Assembly (NCBI RefSeq): GCF_027492855.1
Contig: NZ_JAPUDY010000067.1
Location: 1,541 to 65,540, forward strand
Direction: 5' to 3'
Source of the DNA: Acidovorax sp.
GTDB taxonomy: Bacteria > Pseudomonadota > Gammaproteobacteria > Burkholderiales > Burkholderiaceae_C
DNA: 64,000 nucleotides
The notes under the pieces: model-generated
Databases searched by the model: none
Told to the model about the DNA's origin: nothing
The model's input: only the letters and a program-made list of their open reading frames with translations
Position numbers and translations under genes: made by a program
Shown: piece after piece, positions 19,310 to 28,871 of the stretch
Layout: each line of letters starts with the position of its first letter
Numbering within the stretch: the stretch's first letter is position 1

Positions 19310-20290
19310 ATGACCTTGACCCGACGAACCGCCCTGTTGGCCTGCACTGTCGCCCTGGCCGCCACCGCCGCTACCTCTGTTTCTGCCCAGACGGCGGACT
19401 GGCCATCCAAGACGCTTCGCATCGTGGTGCCCTACCCGCCCGGCGGCAGCTCGGACATCATTGCGCGCTCCATCAGCCAGGTGCTGTCCGAGGTACTCAA
19501 GCAGAGTGTCATCGTCGAGAACAAGCCCGGTGCCAACGGCAATCTGGGCGCAGATTTCGTGGCCAAGGCGGCGCCGGACGGCTACACCATGCTGTTGTGC
19601 GACGTGGGTGCGCTGGCCATCAGCCCCTCGGTCTATACCAAGCTGTCGTTCGACCCCTCCAAGGACCTGCGTGGCGTGACCATGCTGGCCTATTCGCCCC
19701 ACCTGCTGGTGGTGCACCCGTCGGTACCGGTCAGCAACCTCAAGGAGCTGATCGCCTACTCGAAGAAAAATGAACTGAATTTCGCCGTGACGGCCACGGG
19801 CAGCGCGCCACACCTCGCAGGCGTGGCGCTGGAGCGCGCCAGCGGCGCGCGCTGGCAGTACATCCCTTACAAGGGCGGCGTGACCGCCATCCAGGACACC
19901 GTGGCCGGCCAGACCCAGGTGCTGATGAACGGCATGCTGGCCACGCTGCCCCAGGTGCAGAACGGCAAACTCAAGGTGCTGGGTGTCTCCAAGGCCACAC
20001 GCATGCCGCTGATCGGCGATGTGCCGACCATTGCCGAACAAGGCGTGCCCGGCTATGAATCCGGCACCTGGCAAGGCGTTTTGCTGCCGCGCGGCACGCC
20101 CGAAGCCGTGGTGCAGAAGCTCAACAAGGCCCTCATCACAGCCATCCGTGCGCCCGAGATCCGCTCACGCCTGGCAGGCCAGGGCGCCGAGGTGGTGACC
20201 ATGACACCCGCCGAGCAAGAGCAATTCTTTGCCAAGGAGCGCGCACGCTGGGCCAGCGTGGTGACGGCCGCCAACATCAAGCTCGACTAA
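19310..20290 (+). CDS. Bug-family (TctC-like) substrate-binding protein
   Basis: 326 aa with a signal peptide and the motifs PYPPGGSSD and VENKPGANG. Confidence 0.88.
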   Translation: MTLTRRTALLACTVALAATAATSVSAQTADWPSKTLRIVVPYPPGGSSDIIARSISQVLSEVLKQSVIVENKPGANGNLGADFVAKAAPDGYTMLLCDVGALAISPSVYTKLSFDPSKDLRGVTMLAYSPHLLVVHPSVPVSNLKELIAYSKKNELNFAVTATGSAPHLAGVALERASGARWQYIPYKGGVTAIQDTVAGQTQVLMNGMLATLPQVQNGKLKVLGVSKATRMPLIGDVPTIAEQGVPGYESGTWQGVLLPRGTPEAVVQKLNKALITAIRAPEIRSRLAGQGAEVVTMTPAEQEQFFAKERARWASVVTAANIKLD

Positions 20291-20332
20291 TCCCCCTGCC
20301 CCCTTTTTTCTTTCTTACCGCCCCCACTCACC

Positions 20333-21250
20333 ATGACCCCCCAAGACCTCAAATCCATCATGGGCTCCGGCCTGCTGTCCTTCCCGATCACGGACTTCGA
20401 CGAACAGGGCGAATTCCGCCCCAAGACCTACATCGAACGCCTGGAATGGCTCGCCCCCTACGGCGCCAGCGCCCTGTTCGCGGCGGGCGGCACGGGCGAG
20501 TATTTCTCGCTCTCCGGCCCGGAATACAGCCAGGTCATCAAAACCGCCGTGGACACCTGCCGTGGCAAGGTGCCCATCATTGCCGGCGCCGGTGGCCCCA
20601 CCCGCACCGCCATTGCCCATGCACAAGAGGCCGAGCGCCTGGGCGCCCACGGCATCCTGCTGTTGCCACATTACCTGACCGAAGCGGGCCAGGAGGGCCT
20701 GATCGCCCATGTGGAGCAGGTTTGCAAAAGCGTGAAGTTCGGCGTCATCGTCTACAACCGCGACCGCACCAAGCTCACGCCCAACTCGCTCGCCATCCTG
20801 GCCGAGCGCTGCCCCAACCTGATCGGTTTCAAGGACGGGGTGGGCAACATCGAGGTCATGTCCTCCATCTACATGAAGATGGGCGACCGTTTCTCGTACC
20901 TGGGCGGCCTGCCCACGGCCGAGGTGTATGCCGCAGCCTACAAGGCGCTGGGCACCCCGGTGTATTCGTCTGCGGTGTTCAACTTCATCCCCAAAACAGC
21001 GATGGACTTCTACAAAGCCGTGGCGGCCGACGACATGGCCACACAGCACAAGCTGCTCAAGGAGTTCTTCATGCCCTACCTGGCCATCCGCAACCGCGTG
21101 GAAGGCTATGGCGTCTCCATCATCAAGGCAGGCGCCAAGATCGTGGGCCACGACGGCGGCCCCGTGCGCGCACCGCTGACGGACCTCAAGCCCCATGAAA
21201 TGGAAGAGCTCAAGGCGCTGATCGACAAGCTCGGGCCGCAGTCAGCTTGA
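20333..21250 (+). CDS. kdgD: 5-dehydro-4-deoxyglucarate dehydratase (DapA/DHDPS family)
   Basis: 305 aa with [28 protein letters not shown] and [12 protein letters not shown], which are KdgD-type signatures. Confidence 0.8.
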   Translation: MTPQDLKSIMGSGLLSFPITDFDEQGEFRPKTYIERLEWLAPYGASALFAAGGTGEYFSLSGPEYSQVIKTAVDTCRGKVPIIAGAGGPTRTAIAHAQEAERLGAHGILLLPHYLTEAGQEGLIAHVEQVCKSVKFGVIVYNRDRTKLTPNSLAILAERCPNLIGFKDGVGNIEVMSSIYMKMGDRFSYLGGLPTAEVYAAAYKALGTPVYSSAVFNFIPKTAMDFYKAVAADDMATQHKLLKEFFMPYLAIRNRVEGYGVSIIKAGAKIVGHDGGPVRAPLTDLKPHEMEELKALIDKLGPQSA

Positions 21251-22189
21251 TCACAGCAACGTCACGCCCTTGAGCGTGACGAAACTCGTCTCGCGGACCA
21301 CGCCCACAAAGTCCTGCAGGTATGGCTTGCCTGACACCTGCGGCAGGCAGGCCGCGTGCAGCTCGCCCATCAGCCCCGGCGCACCAGGCATCGCGGCAAT
21401 GGGCCGGGCCGTGACGTAGCCCCGGTCCAGATAGCCCTGCACCGCCCACAGCGGCAGCGCGGCCACCCCGCGCCCGCTGGCCACCAGTTGCAACATGGCT
21501 ACCGTCAACTCGGTGGTGCGCCGGGGCGGGCGCACTCCGGCGGGCTCCAGCACCTGGCGGACCAGGTCCAGCATCTCGTCGGGCACCGGGTAGGTGATCA
21601 CCGTCTGGTCGGCAAAGTCTTGCGCGGTGAGAAACGGCTTGGCGACCAGCGGGTGTGCATTGGCCAGCAGCGCACGGATCTCAAAGCCGAACAGCGGGTG
21701 GTAGTCCACCCCCGCCTCATCCGCATCCACCTCCGACACGATGGCGAGGTCGGCCCGCCCCTGGTGCAGCAAGCCCACCGGGTCGGCATGAAAACCGCTC
21801 ACGATGTCCAGCTCCACCTCGGGCCAGCGGGTGCGAAATGCGTCCATGGCGGGCATCAGCCAATCGAAACAGGTGTGGCATTCCACGGCAATGCGCAACT
21901 GGCCGCCCTGCCCCAACACCAGCCGGGCCACATCGCGCTCGGCCGCCTCGATCTGCGGCAGCACCAGATCGGCCAGGGCCAGCAAGCGCTCGCCCACCGC
22001 GCTGAACTGCGGCGGCACCGACTTGCGCTCGAACAGCGGTGTGCCGTGGCGGTCCTCCAGCAGCTTGACCTGGTGCGACAGCGCCGACTGGGTGAGGTTG
22101 AGCAACTGCGCGGCCCGCACCAGGCTGCCGCTGTCGCGCAACGCCACCAGGGTGCGCAGGTGGCGTATTTCCAGAATCGATTGATTCAT
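21251..22189 (-). CDS. metR: LysR-family activator of methionine synthesis
   Basis: 312 aa, MNQSILEIRHLRTLVALRDSGSLVRAAQLLNLTQSALSHQVKLLE. It is divergent from metE. Confidence 0.85.
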   Translation of the reverse strand: MNQSILEIRHLRTLVALRDSGSLVRAAQLLNLTQSALSHQVKLLEDRHGTPLFERKSVPPQFSAVGERLLALADLVLPQIEAAERDVARLVLGQGGQLRIAVECHTCFDWLMPAMDAFRTRWPEVELDIVSGFHADPVGLLHQGRADLAIVSEVDADEAGVDYHPLFGFEIRALLANAHPLVAKPFLTAQDFADQTVITYPVPDEMLDLVRQVLEPAGVRPPRRTTELTVAMLQLVASGRGVAALPLWAVQGYLDRGYVTARPIAAMPGAPGLMGELHAACLPQVSGKPYLQDFVGVVRETSFVTLKGVTLL

Positions 22190-22297
22190 TATTTATTTTC
22201 AAGTTGATCGACTAAAACTTTCGTTTGAATAATAAACGAGTGCGCGCGACCATCGGTGTCTTCATTGTTTTGCTTTATCGGACAACAGGAAACCGCC

Positions 22298-24676
22298 ATG
22301 ACGCTCGCCCAGCCCTCCCCCGCCCGCCCCGTGCTCACCCACACCCTGGGCTTTCCCCGCATGGGGGCGCAGCGCGAGCTGAAGTTCGCGCTCGAATCCT
22401 TCTGGCGCGGCGACTTGGGCGCTACCGACTTGCAAGACACCGCCGCCCAACTGCGCCAACAACACTGGCAGGCCCAGGCCGACGCGGGCCTGGGCTTTGT
22501 CACCGTGGGCGACTTCGCGCTGTACGACCATGTGGCCAACCACATCCAGCTACTGGGCTGCGAACCTGCGCGCTTCGCGTTCGACGGCGCCACGCCAGAG
22601 CTGGCGCGCTACTTCGCCATGGCGCGCGGAGTGTCGGCCACGGCCACACACACGGACCTGGGCTGCAGCACGGGCTGCACTGCGACACACACCACGCCGG
22701 GCCAGAGCGCACTGGAAATGACCAAGTGGTTCGACACCAACTACCACTACCTTGTGCCCGAGTTCAGCGCCAGCACGCGGTTCCACCTCGCCAGCGAGCG
22801 CCTGTTCGACGAAGTGGCCGAGGCCCAGGCCCAGGGCCACAAGGCCAAGGCCGTGCTGCTGGGGCCGCTGAGCTTTTTGTGGCTGGGCAAGGCCAAGGAG
22901 GCTGGGTTCGACCGCTTCAGCCTGCTGGCGCAACTGCTGCCGGTGTACGAGGCCGTGCTCGCCCGCCTGAAGGCCCAGGGCGTGGAATGGGTGCAGATCG
23001 ACGAACCCATCCTGGGGCTGGATCTGCCCGACACCTGGCGCCACGCCTTCGAGCCCAGCTACTGGCAACTGGCCCGCAGCGCGCCCCCACTGCTGCTGGC
23101 CACCTACTTCTCGCCCCTGGCCGAAAACCTGCGCCTGGCCTGCCAGCTGCCCGTGGCCGGCCTGCATGTGGATGCCGTGCGCGCCCCGGAGGAACTGGTG
23201 GGCGTGGCCGACTGGCTGCCCTCGCACAAGGTGCTGTCGGTGGGCATCGTCGATGGCCGCAACATCTGGCGCACCGACCTCGATGCCGCCCTGGCCCGCC
23301 TCGCCCCCGTGGTCGCCAAGCACCAGGGCGCGCTGTGGCTGGCGCCCTCATGCTCGCTGCTGCACGTGCCGTTCAGCCTGCAGGCCGAAACACAGCTGGA
23401 TGCCGAGGTGAAATCCTGGCTGGCCTTTGCGGTCGAAAAGCTCGACGAGCTGAGCGTGCTGGCCACCGCCCTGGGCCAGGGCGAGGCCGCCGCAGCCGGT
23501 GCCCTGTTGGCCGCCCGCACCGCTATCGCCGCGCGCCGCAGCAGCCCCCGCGTGCACCGCGCCACCGTGGCCGCGCGCCTGGCAGCCGCAGCGCCGGGGG
23601 CCGACCAGCGCACCAGCGCGTTCCCCGCGCGCCAGCAGGCCCAGCGCGCACGCTTGAAGCTGCCGCTGCTGCCCACCACCACCATCGGCTCGTTCCCGCA
23701 GACCGCCGAGATCCGCGCCGCCCGCGCGGCCTTCAAGCGCGGAGCGCTGGACGCTGCCCACTACGAAGAAAAGATGCGCACCGAAATCGCCCTGGCCGTG
23801 CGCAAGCAGGAAGAGCTTGGCATCGACGTGCTGGTACACGGCGAGGCCGAACGCAACGACATGGTTGAATATTTCGGCGAACAGCTCGACGGGTTTGCCT
23901 TCACCGCCAACGGATGGGTGCAAAGCTACGGCTCGCGCTGCGTGAAGCCGCCCATCATCGTCGGCGACGTGGCCCGCCCCGCGCCCATGACCGTGGCCTG
24001 GACGCGGTACGCGCAAAGCCTGAGCAGCCGCCCCATGAAGGGCATGCTCACCGGCCCCATCACCATCCTGCAGTGGAGCTTTGTGCGCGACGACCAGCCC
24101 CGCGCCACCACCGCCGACCAGATCGCCTGGGCCATCCGCGACGAAGTGTGCGACCTGGAAGCCGCAGGCATCGCCATCATCCAGATCGACGAACCCGCCA
24201 TCCGCGAGGGCCTGCCGCTGCGCCGCGCCGGGTGGAAGAGCTACCTTCAGCGCGCCACACGCGCCTTTCGCATCAGCGCGAGCGGCGTGCGCAACGACAC
24301 GCAGATCCACACCCACATGTGCTACAGCGAGTTCAACGACATCCTGCCCGAGATCGCGGCCATGGACGCTGACGTGATCACCATCGAGACCAGCCGCTCG
24401 GACATGGAGCTGCTGCAGGGCTTTGGCACTTTTCAATACCCCAACGAGATCGGCCCCGGCGTGTACGACATCCACTCGCCCCGCGTGCCCAGCGTGCAGG
24501 AGATGACCGCGCTGCTGCACAAGGCCGCCGAGGTGGTGCCGGTGGAAAACCTCTGGGTCAACCCCGACTGCGGCCTCAAGACCCGAGGCTGGCCCGAGAC
24601 CGAGGCGGCGCTGCGCCACATGGTGCAGGCGGCGCAGGAGGTGCGGGCGCAGTTGGAGGAAGCCGTGATTGCATAG
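22298..24676 (+). CDS. metE: Cobalamin-independent methionine synthase
   Basis: ATG at 22298 ([33 protein letters not shown]), 792 aa, with [12 protein letters not shown] and the C-terminal motifs IQIDEPA and HMCYS. Confidence 0.92.
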   Translation: MTLAQPSPARPVLTHTLGFPRMGAQRELKFALESFWRGDLGATDLQDTAAQLRQQHWQAQADAGLGFVTVGDFALYDHVANHIQLLGCEPARFAFDGATPELARYFAMARGVSATATHTDLGCSTGCTATHTTPGQSALEMTKWFDTNYHYLVPEFSASTRFHLASERLFDEVAEAQAQGHKAKAVLLGPLSFLWLGKAKEAGFDRFSLLAQLLPVYEAVLARLKAQGVEWVQIDEPILGLDLPDTWRHAFEPSYWQLARSAPPLLLATYFSPLAENLRLACQLPVAGLHVDAVRAPEELVGVADWLPSHKVLSVGIVDGRNIWRTDLDAALARLAPVVAKHQGALWLAPSCSLLHVPFSLQAETQLDAEVKSWLAFAVEKLDELSVLATALGQGEAAAAGALLAARTAIAARRSSPRVHRATVAARLAAAAPGADQRTSAFPARQQAQRARLKLPLLPTTTIGSFPQTAEIRAARAAFKRGALDAAHYEEKMRTEIALAVRKQEELGIDVLVHGEAERNDMVEYFGEQLDGFAFTANGWVQSYGSRCVKPPIIVGDVARPAPMTVAWTRYAQSLSSRPMKGMLTGPITILQWSFVRDDQPRATTADQIAWAIRDEVCDLEAAGIAIIQIDEPAIREGLPLRRAGWKSYLQRATRAFRISASGVRNDTQIHTHMCYSEFNDILPEIAAMDADVITIETSRSDMELLQGFGTFQYPNEIGPGVYDIHSPRVPSVQEMTALLHKAAEVVPVENLWVNPDCGLKTRGWPETEAALRHMVQAAQEVRAQLEEAVIA

Positions 24677-24713
24677 TCGAATTGGCCGATTTCGCGGACA
24701 CGCGGACAGGACA

Positions 24714-25127
24714 CTACATGAGGTCGCTAATCGCTCGACGAATGAATGTTTGGAAGTCAGGGGCAACTACATCTACGCGTCTATCTATCGGGTCAATCTC
24801 AACAACTTCCCAGCTATCAGTTTGGAAACCAGCGTTAAACCCCTGAAAGTCATCGCCAAGCAAAATTACTTTTTCCAGTTGCGGTGGCATCGGCTCTCCA
24901 AACACGAACTCAGATTCACCCAACCCGCTGTAGATCATGTACTGAGCTTGCCCTATTTCGCCAAACCCTATAGTGGTCAAGAAGGATATGTAATCGCTAG
25001 GCAGATTGGGATAGCGATCTACCAGCTTTTGGAGCTTTGCCGGCTCAAGTGGCTTCAATTTGGCCAGTAAAGAACCCTGACCTCTCAACGTAAATAGATC
25101 GTCGTAAATTCCCATGTCACGCCTCAT
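24714..25127 (-). CDS. SUKH/SMI1-KNR4 family immunity protein
   Basis: 137 aa in a low-GC stretch, with [19 protein letters not shown] typical of SMI1/KNR4. Its ATG overlaps the TGA of the upstream HNH reading frame (ATGA). Confidence 0.75.
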   Translation of the reverse strand: MRRDMGIYDDLFTLRGQGSLLAKLKPLEPAKLQKLVDRYPNLPSDYISFLTTIGFGEIGQAQYMIYSGLGESEFVFGEPMPPQLEKVILLGDDFQGFNAGFQTDSWEVVEIDPIDRRVDVVAPDFQTFIRRAISDLM

Positions 25128-25638
25128 TCATTAAAGAGCCAACGCGCAGGTCCGCCTGCGCGATGGATACCGCCCTGATGTTGATCAGGCCACCTAGCCA
25201 GATGAATGTTCCACCATGTGGCTGGTCCACCGCAACCGTTCTCAATGTAATGATGTGCATCATAGGGTTGTCTAATTTCTTTGAAGACATTGCCATTTTT
25301 ATCAACTACCTGCTCTTTATAGGTCGGCCAGTGCCGACCTGTTTGGACTTCCCATTCGCTAATTAAATCACTCTTGACTCTGTTGAACTCAGTGCGATTT
25401 TTTTCGCATCTCCCGGAGAGAATCGGCTGTACGAGTTTGTTCGCAAATCTTCAGCCAAGTGAGCCCACTGCTCGCGCGTTATCGAAATATCTGTTTGCGC
25501 CTCAATGTCCCGGAGATACGAACGAGCATTCGCGGTCGACCAACCGCTTCCCGCTGGCAGTAGCGTGCCTTGCACTCTTGACGCGATCAAGGCGCTTGAC
25601 GCCTGCGCCGTCAGCGTCTGTTTATAGGTCCCTGTCAT
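25124..25638 (-). pseudogene. Colicin/pyocin-type HNH DNase toxin, split by a frameshift at an A7 tract (orphan toxin module)
   Basis: Frame A runs from ATG 25638 (MTGTYKQTLTAQ..SPGDAKK) and stops at 25363. Frame C has no ATG/GTG/TTG and reads [91 protein letters not shown], ending at 25124. This gives an HH..GG..N..H..IH pattern like the colicin E9 DNase. The two frames overlap at the T7 run 25398-25404 on the plus strand (A7 in the gene sense). Confidence 0.65.
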
Positions 25639-25647
25639 TGCACCAGA

Positions 25648-25744
25648 CCCGACTGCGGCCTCAAAACCCGAGGCGGCATTGCGCCACATGGTGCAGGCGG
25701 CGCAGGAGGTGCGGGTGCAGTTGGAGGAAGCCGTGAGCGCGTAG
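25648..25744 (+). pseudogene. Displaced duplicate of the metE 3-prime end (remnant)
   Basis: cccgactgcggcctcaaaacccgaggc..cgccacatggtgcaggcggcgcaggaggtgcgggtgcagttggaggaagccgtgagcgcgtag matches metE 24563-24676, apart from a 17-nt gap and a few mismatches. Confidence 0.85.
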
Positions 25745-25746
25745 CC

Positions 25747-25806
25747 AAATGAGCTGCCAGCGCTTTTTCAACAAGCGCTGGCAGCTCTCCTGTTAATAGC
25801 AAACAA
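25747..25806 (+). repeat. R1 repeat, copy E
   Basis: aaatgagctgccagcgctttttcaacaagcgctggcagctctcctgttaatagcaaaca, with a perfect 13-bp stem GCTGCCAGCGCTT/AAGCGCTGGCAGC. Confidence 0.8.
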
Positions 25807-25861
25807 ATACGTGACTGGCAGCACACACCGCCCTATGCATGTCCGCTGCTTGGCTCATAGT

Positions 25862-25890
25862 CCTGATTGGCGCAAAATGCGCCAATCAGG
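25862..25890. promoter_or_regulatory. Perfect 13-bp inverted repeat overlapping the ribosome-binding site of the ParD-like gene (candidate operator or translational hairpin)
   Basis: cctgattggcgca-aaa-tgcgccaatcagg, followed by the overlapping aggagaaaacc and ATG at 25899. Confidence 0.5.
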
Positions 25891-25898
25891 AGAAAACC

Positions 25899-26222
25899 AT
25901 GACCGCCACCGCATTTGCATCCGTCAAGCTCCCCAGCGTCCTGGTGGAGCAAGCCCGGCAGGCTGCGCAACCCATGCGCCGCTCGGTCGCCAGCCAGATC
26001 GAATACTGGGCCACGCTGGGCCAGATCGTTGAACACACGGGCCTGAGCGTGCAAGAGGCCCGCACCGCCATTGAGCAATACGAAGCCGCCCCGCGCGCCC
26101 AGGCCACAACCCCTGCCTCGGTGGACGCACTGACCGCCCGCCTGCTGGCCGCGCAGGCCAACGGCTCGCTGGCCCAGCGCGTGCGCGACGTGGTGCGCGA
26201 AAACCAGGCGCGCGCCACCTGA
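25899..26222 (+). CDS. ParD-like (PF11903-type) antitoxin family protein; no adjacent toxin gene
   Basis: 107 aa, MTATAFASVKLPSVLVEQARQAAQPMRRSVASQIEYWATLGQ, with a good SD sequence. Confidence 0.6.
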   Translation: MTATAFASVKLPSVLVEQARQAAQPMRRSVASQIEYWATLGQIVEHTGLSVQEARTAIEQYEAAPRAQATTPASVDALTARLLAAQANGSLAQRVRDVVRENQARAT

Positions 26223-26370
26223 AGGCATACCCGCACCCCACGTGGCAACAACCGCAACACGTACACGAAGGCGGCCACCCGCGCCGCTCGAACGCATCCT
26301 GGCGCTGGCTGTGTGCACATATAGAGATCACCCACAGTGGTTCGACTAACTATATTGAAACTCCCTTACT

Positions 26371-26946
26371 ATGAAAATAATGAAGCATCTTGTCCTCTCA
26401 ATATTCTTAGTAACGCTCGCCGCCATAAAGCTCAGTGGATGCGCCGGCACCCACCGAGAAGGTTTGCGAATGGTTCAAACCAAAGATGCACATGAGATCG
26501 TGCTACGTAAACCAGTGCGCTTTGATGCCATAGCTGTGGGTGGTGGTAATACTCATTGGTATCACGGACTCGAAGCGGGGCGCTATCGAGTGGAAGCAGT
26601 GGATGATGCTGGGGATTACTACCTTGGTGAAGGGAAGTCCCTTGTTCTGGGCGCCTCTCGGGCGCCGGACGGGCAGGTAAGTGAACCACTCACGATGGGA
26701 GGATTCTGGCTCGCCCGCGACCCAAGGGCTCAGCCCGCGTTCAAGCTCTACCGTGTAAACCCGAAAAATTCAGACGGAAGTGAGATACCGGAGAGCTTAC
26801 GAATGGGCATCATTCCTTACGCAATCGACAACCTCTCTGGCAATCGACTTGGCATTGGGGTTTGGAGTTGGCAATTTGTGCCGATGCTTCACCGCGAAGA
26901 TGATCTGGACCGGCTTACGGATGCAACTCGATTCGTAGAAAAATAG
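26371..26946 (+). CDS. Hypothetical lipoprotein (low-GC islet)
   Basis: 191 aa with a signal peptide and lipobox (AAIKLSGC). GC is clearly below that of its surroundings. Confidence 0.65.
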   Translation: MKIMKHLVLSIFLVTLAAIKLSGCAGTHREGLRMVQTKDAHEIVLRKPVRFDAIAVGGGNTHWYHGLEAGRYRVEAVDDAGDYYLGEGKSLVLGASRAPDGQVSEPLTMGGFWLARDPRAQPAFKLYRVNPKNSDGSEIPESLRMGIIPYAIDNLSGNRLGIGVWSWQFVPMLHREDDLDRLTDATRFVEK

Positions 26947-27078
26947 CGCCAAGTTGCAAGATCAAACCATGCGCACGCCAACGATCACGACGGCGCTGGT
27001 CGATAGGCTGTCTGCCTGGGCACAGCACATGCTGTCGGGTAGTCCCAACTGCGTACAACTGTGTGGCCTGCCCTCTCT

Positions 27079-28035
27079 TTAGACGGCTGCAGCCTTCCCC
27101 GCCTCCGCCAACTTCACCAACACCTGCAGCGCCCGGTTCAGCGGCGTGGGCACGCCCAGCGCGGCACCGCGCTTGACGACGTAGCCGTTCAAGTGGTCGA
27201 TCTCGCTGGGCTTGCCGCGTGCCAGGTCTTGCGCGGTGGAGGAATACTGGCCCGGCATGGTGGCCGCGATGCCGCGCACGGCGGCCTCCACATCGCCGGG
27301 AATCACCACGCCATCGGCCTGGGCCACGGCCAGGCACTCGGCCACCGTGTCGGCGATCACGTCCGTCACGCCCGGCGCCTGCACCAGCGCGCCATAGGGC
27401 TGCTGCGACAGGGCCGACAGCGCGTTGTAGGCGCAGTTGAGCACCAGCTTGGCCCACAGCGCGCCGTGCACGTTGTCTGAAATCTGCGTGGCAATGCCCG
27501 CCGCCGCAAACTGCCGCACCACCTCGTCGCTGCGTGGCGACGGCGCAATCACCAACTCGCCCCGTCCATGGTGCTGCACATGGCCCGGCCCCGGCATGGC
27601 GGTGGCCACATACACCACAGCGGCCGCCACGGGCGTGGAGCTGTCCAGCACGGCACGCACCCGCTCGTCGTTGTCCACGCCGTTTTGCAGCGTCAGCACC
27701 AGCGCACCGGGCGCCAGGTGGGGCCGAATCTGCTGCGCCGCGTCTTCCGAGTCGGTCGATTTCACGCAGAACAGCACCACATCGGCACCCGCCGCTGCGC
27801 TGGCCTCGGTGCTGGCCTCCATCGGCACCTGCACGTCCAGCACCGCCGTCTGCAGGCGCAGCCCCCGCTGGCGGATGGCCTGCACATGGGCGGGGCGGCC
27901 GATCAGCGTCACCACATGCCCGGCCCGCGCCAGCAGCGCGCCAAAGTAGCAGCCCACCGCGCCCGCCCCCATCACGGCGATGCGCAACAAGGCGGGCTCT
28001 GAGGCGGTGTGAACAGGGGCGGAAGAGGCGGTCAT
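27079..28035 (-). CDS. panE: 2-dehydropantoate 2-reductase
   Basis: ATG at 28035, 318 aa, with IAVMGAGAVGCYFGALLARAG (Rossmann fold) and a ApbA/PanE C-terminal region (SSTAQDLARGKPSEIDHLNG). Confidence 0.8.
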   Translation of the reverse strand: MTASSAPVHTASEPALLRIAVMGAGAVGCYFGALLARAGHVVTLIGRPAHVQAIRQRGLRLQTAVLDVQVPMEASTEASAAAGADVVLFCVKSTDSEDAAQQIRPHLAPGALVLTLQNGVDNDERVRAVLDSSTPVAAAVVYVATAMPGPGHVQHHGRGELVIAPSPRSDEVVRQFAAAGIATQISDNVHGALWAKLVLNCAYNALSALSQQPYGALVQAPGVTDVIADTVAECLAVAQADGVVIPGDVEAAVRGIAATMPGQYSSTAQDLARGKPSEIDHLNGYVVKRGAALGVPTPLNRALQVLVKLAEAGKAAAV

Positions 28036-28132
28036 GGCAGGGTCCTGAATGACAAAAGAGGTTCGATTTGGCCAGGAACTATAGCCAGCGAAGGAAGTGG
28101 CTTCGCCATACAGGTGTATTCGGGTGCATGGC

Positions 28133-28192
28133 AAAAAAATACCACTGGCGCTTATCTACAAAGCGCAAGCAGCTATTAATTGAATAGCAAAA
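28133..28192 (+). repeat. R1 repeat, copy F (in the panE / marR divergent region)
   Basis: aaaaaaataccactggcgcttatctacaaagcgcaagcagctattaattgaatagcaaaa. Confidence 0.85.
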
Positions 28193-28297
28193 GCAAACCT
28201 CTCAGGACCTTCTCCACTCCGTAATAACCCCAACAAATTTTGTGGAATTCAATCATTGCAAAGACAATAATTGTCTAGTCAATTAAATTCCGATCCC

Positions 28298-28801
28298 ATG
28301 ACATCTCCCGCCACTCCGTCCTCGCCCCAGGGTTTCTATAGCCCCGACCACCTGGTGCCCGAAGAGAGCGTGGGCTACCTCATGCGCAAGGTGATGACGT
28401 CGATCCGCACGCAGGCGGATGCCCAGCTCCTGGCGCACGACCTGACCTATGCGCAGTGGCTGCCCCTGTTCAAGATATCGCTCTGCCCCCAGACCACCGT
28501 GGCCAGCCTGGCACGTGACCTGGAGACCGACCCCGCCTCCATGACCCGCGCGCTCGACCGCCTGGAAGCCAAGGGCCTGGTGGCGCGCGAGCGCTCCACC
28601 ACCGACCGCCGCGTGGTCCGCCTGGCCCTCACGCCCGAGGGCAAGACAGTGGCCGCCCGCGTGCCGCCGGTGTTGGCCGACGTGCTCAACAGCCACCTTG
28701 TCGGCTTCAGCCATGAAGAGTGGCAAATGCTGCTGGGCCTGCTGCGCCGCATGCTGGTAAATGGGAGCCCCCCCGTGCCGCCTTCGGCATCTTCCCCCTG
28801 A
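28298..28801 (+). CDS. MarR-family transcriptional regulator
   Basis: ATG at 28298 within the 176-aa ORF. The sequence LTYAQWLPLFKISLCPQTTVASLARDLETDPASMTRALDRLEAKGLVARERSTTDRRVV is typical of MarR. Confidence 0.85.
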   Translation: MTSPATPSSPQGFYSPDHLVPEESVGYLMRKVMTSIRTQADAQLLAHDLTYAQWLPLFKISLCPQTTVASLARDLETDPASMTRALDRLEAKGLVARERSTTDRRVVRLALTPEGKTVAARVPPVLADVLNSHLVGFSHEEWQMLLGLLRRMLVNGSPPVPPSASSP

Positions 28802-28871
28802 GGGGGAGCGCCAGTTTCCAACGCCCCAGTTTTCCTCCACACAACACCCAAAAATCATTCTGGAGAACCCC

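Noticed and set aside
22190-22297. Possible cobalamin riboswitch upstream of metE
   Set aside because: The metR-metE spacer is only 108 bp and AT-rich, with no B12-box-like GC-rich core. That is too short for a cobalamin riboswitch, so MetR control is more likely.
25117-25305. 62-aa ORF from the track (MIKMAMSSKK..)
   Set aside because: It lies in a different frame over the HNH domain sequence. The HNH frame gives a coherent colicin-DNase-like motif set and ends in an ATGA overlap with the immunity gene, so this ORF is taken as spurious.
25363-25689. N-terminal 17 codons of the 108-aa track ORF (MWRNAASGFEAAVGSGA)
   Set aside because: This part is antisense to the metE 3-prime remnant. I start frame A at the internal ATG 25638, although no start here has a good SD.
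28080-28095. 16-nt exact match aactatagccagcgaa shared with 42977-42992, both upstream of minus-strand genes
   Set aside because: One exact 16-mer pair is about what chance predicts for 64 kb compared on both strands, and the flanking sequence does not align.
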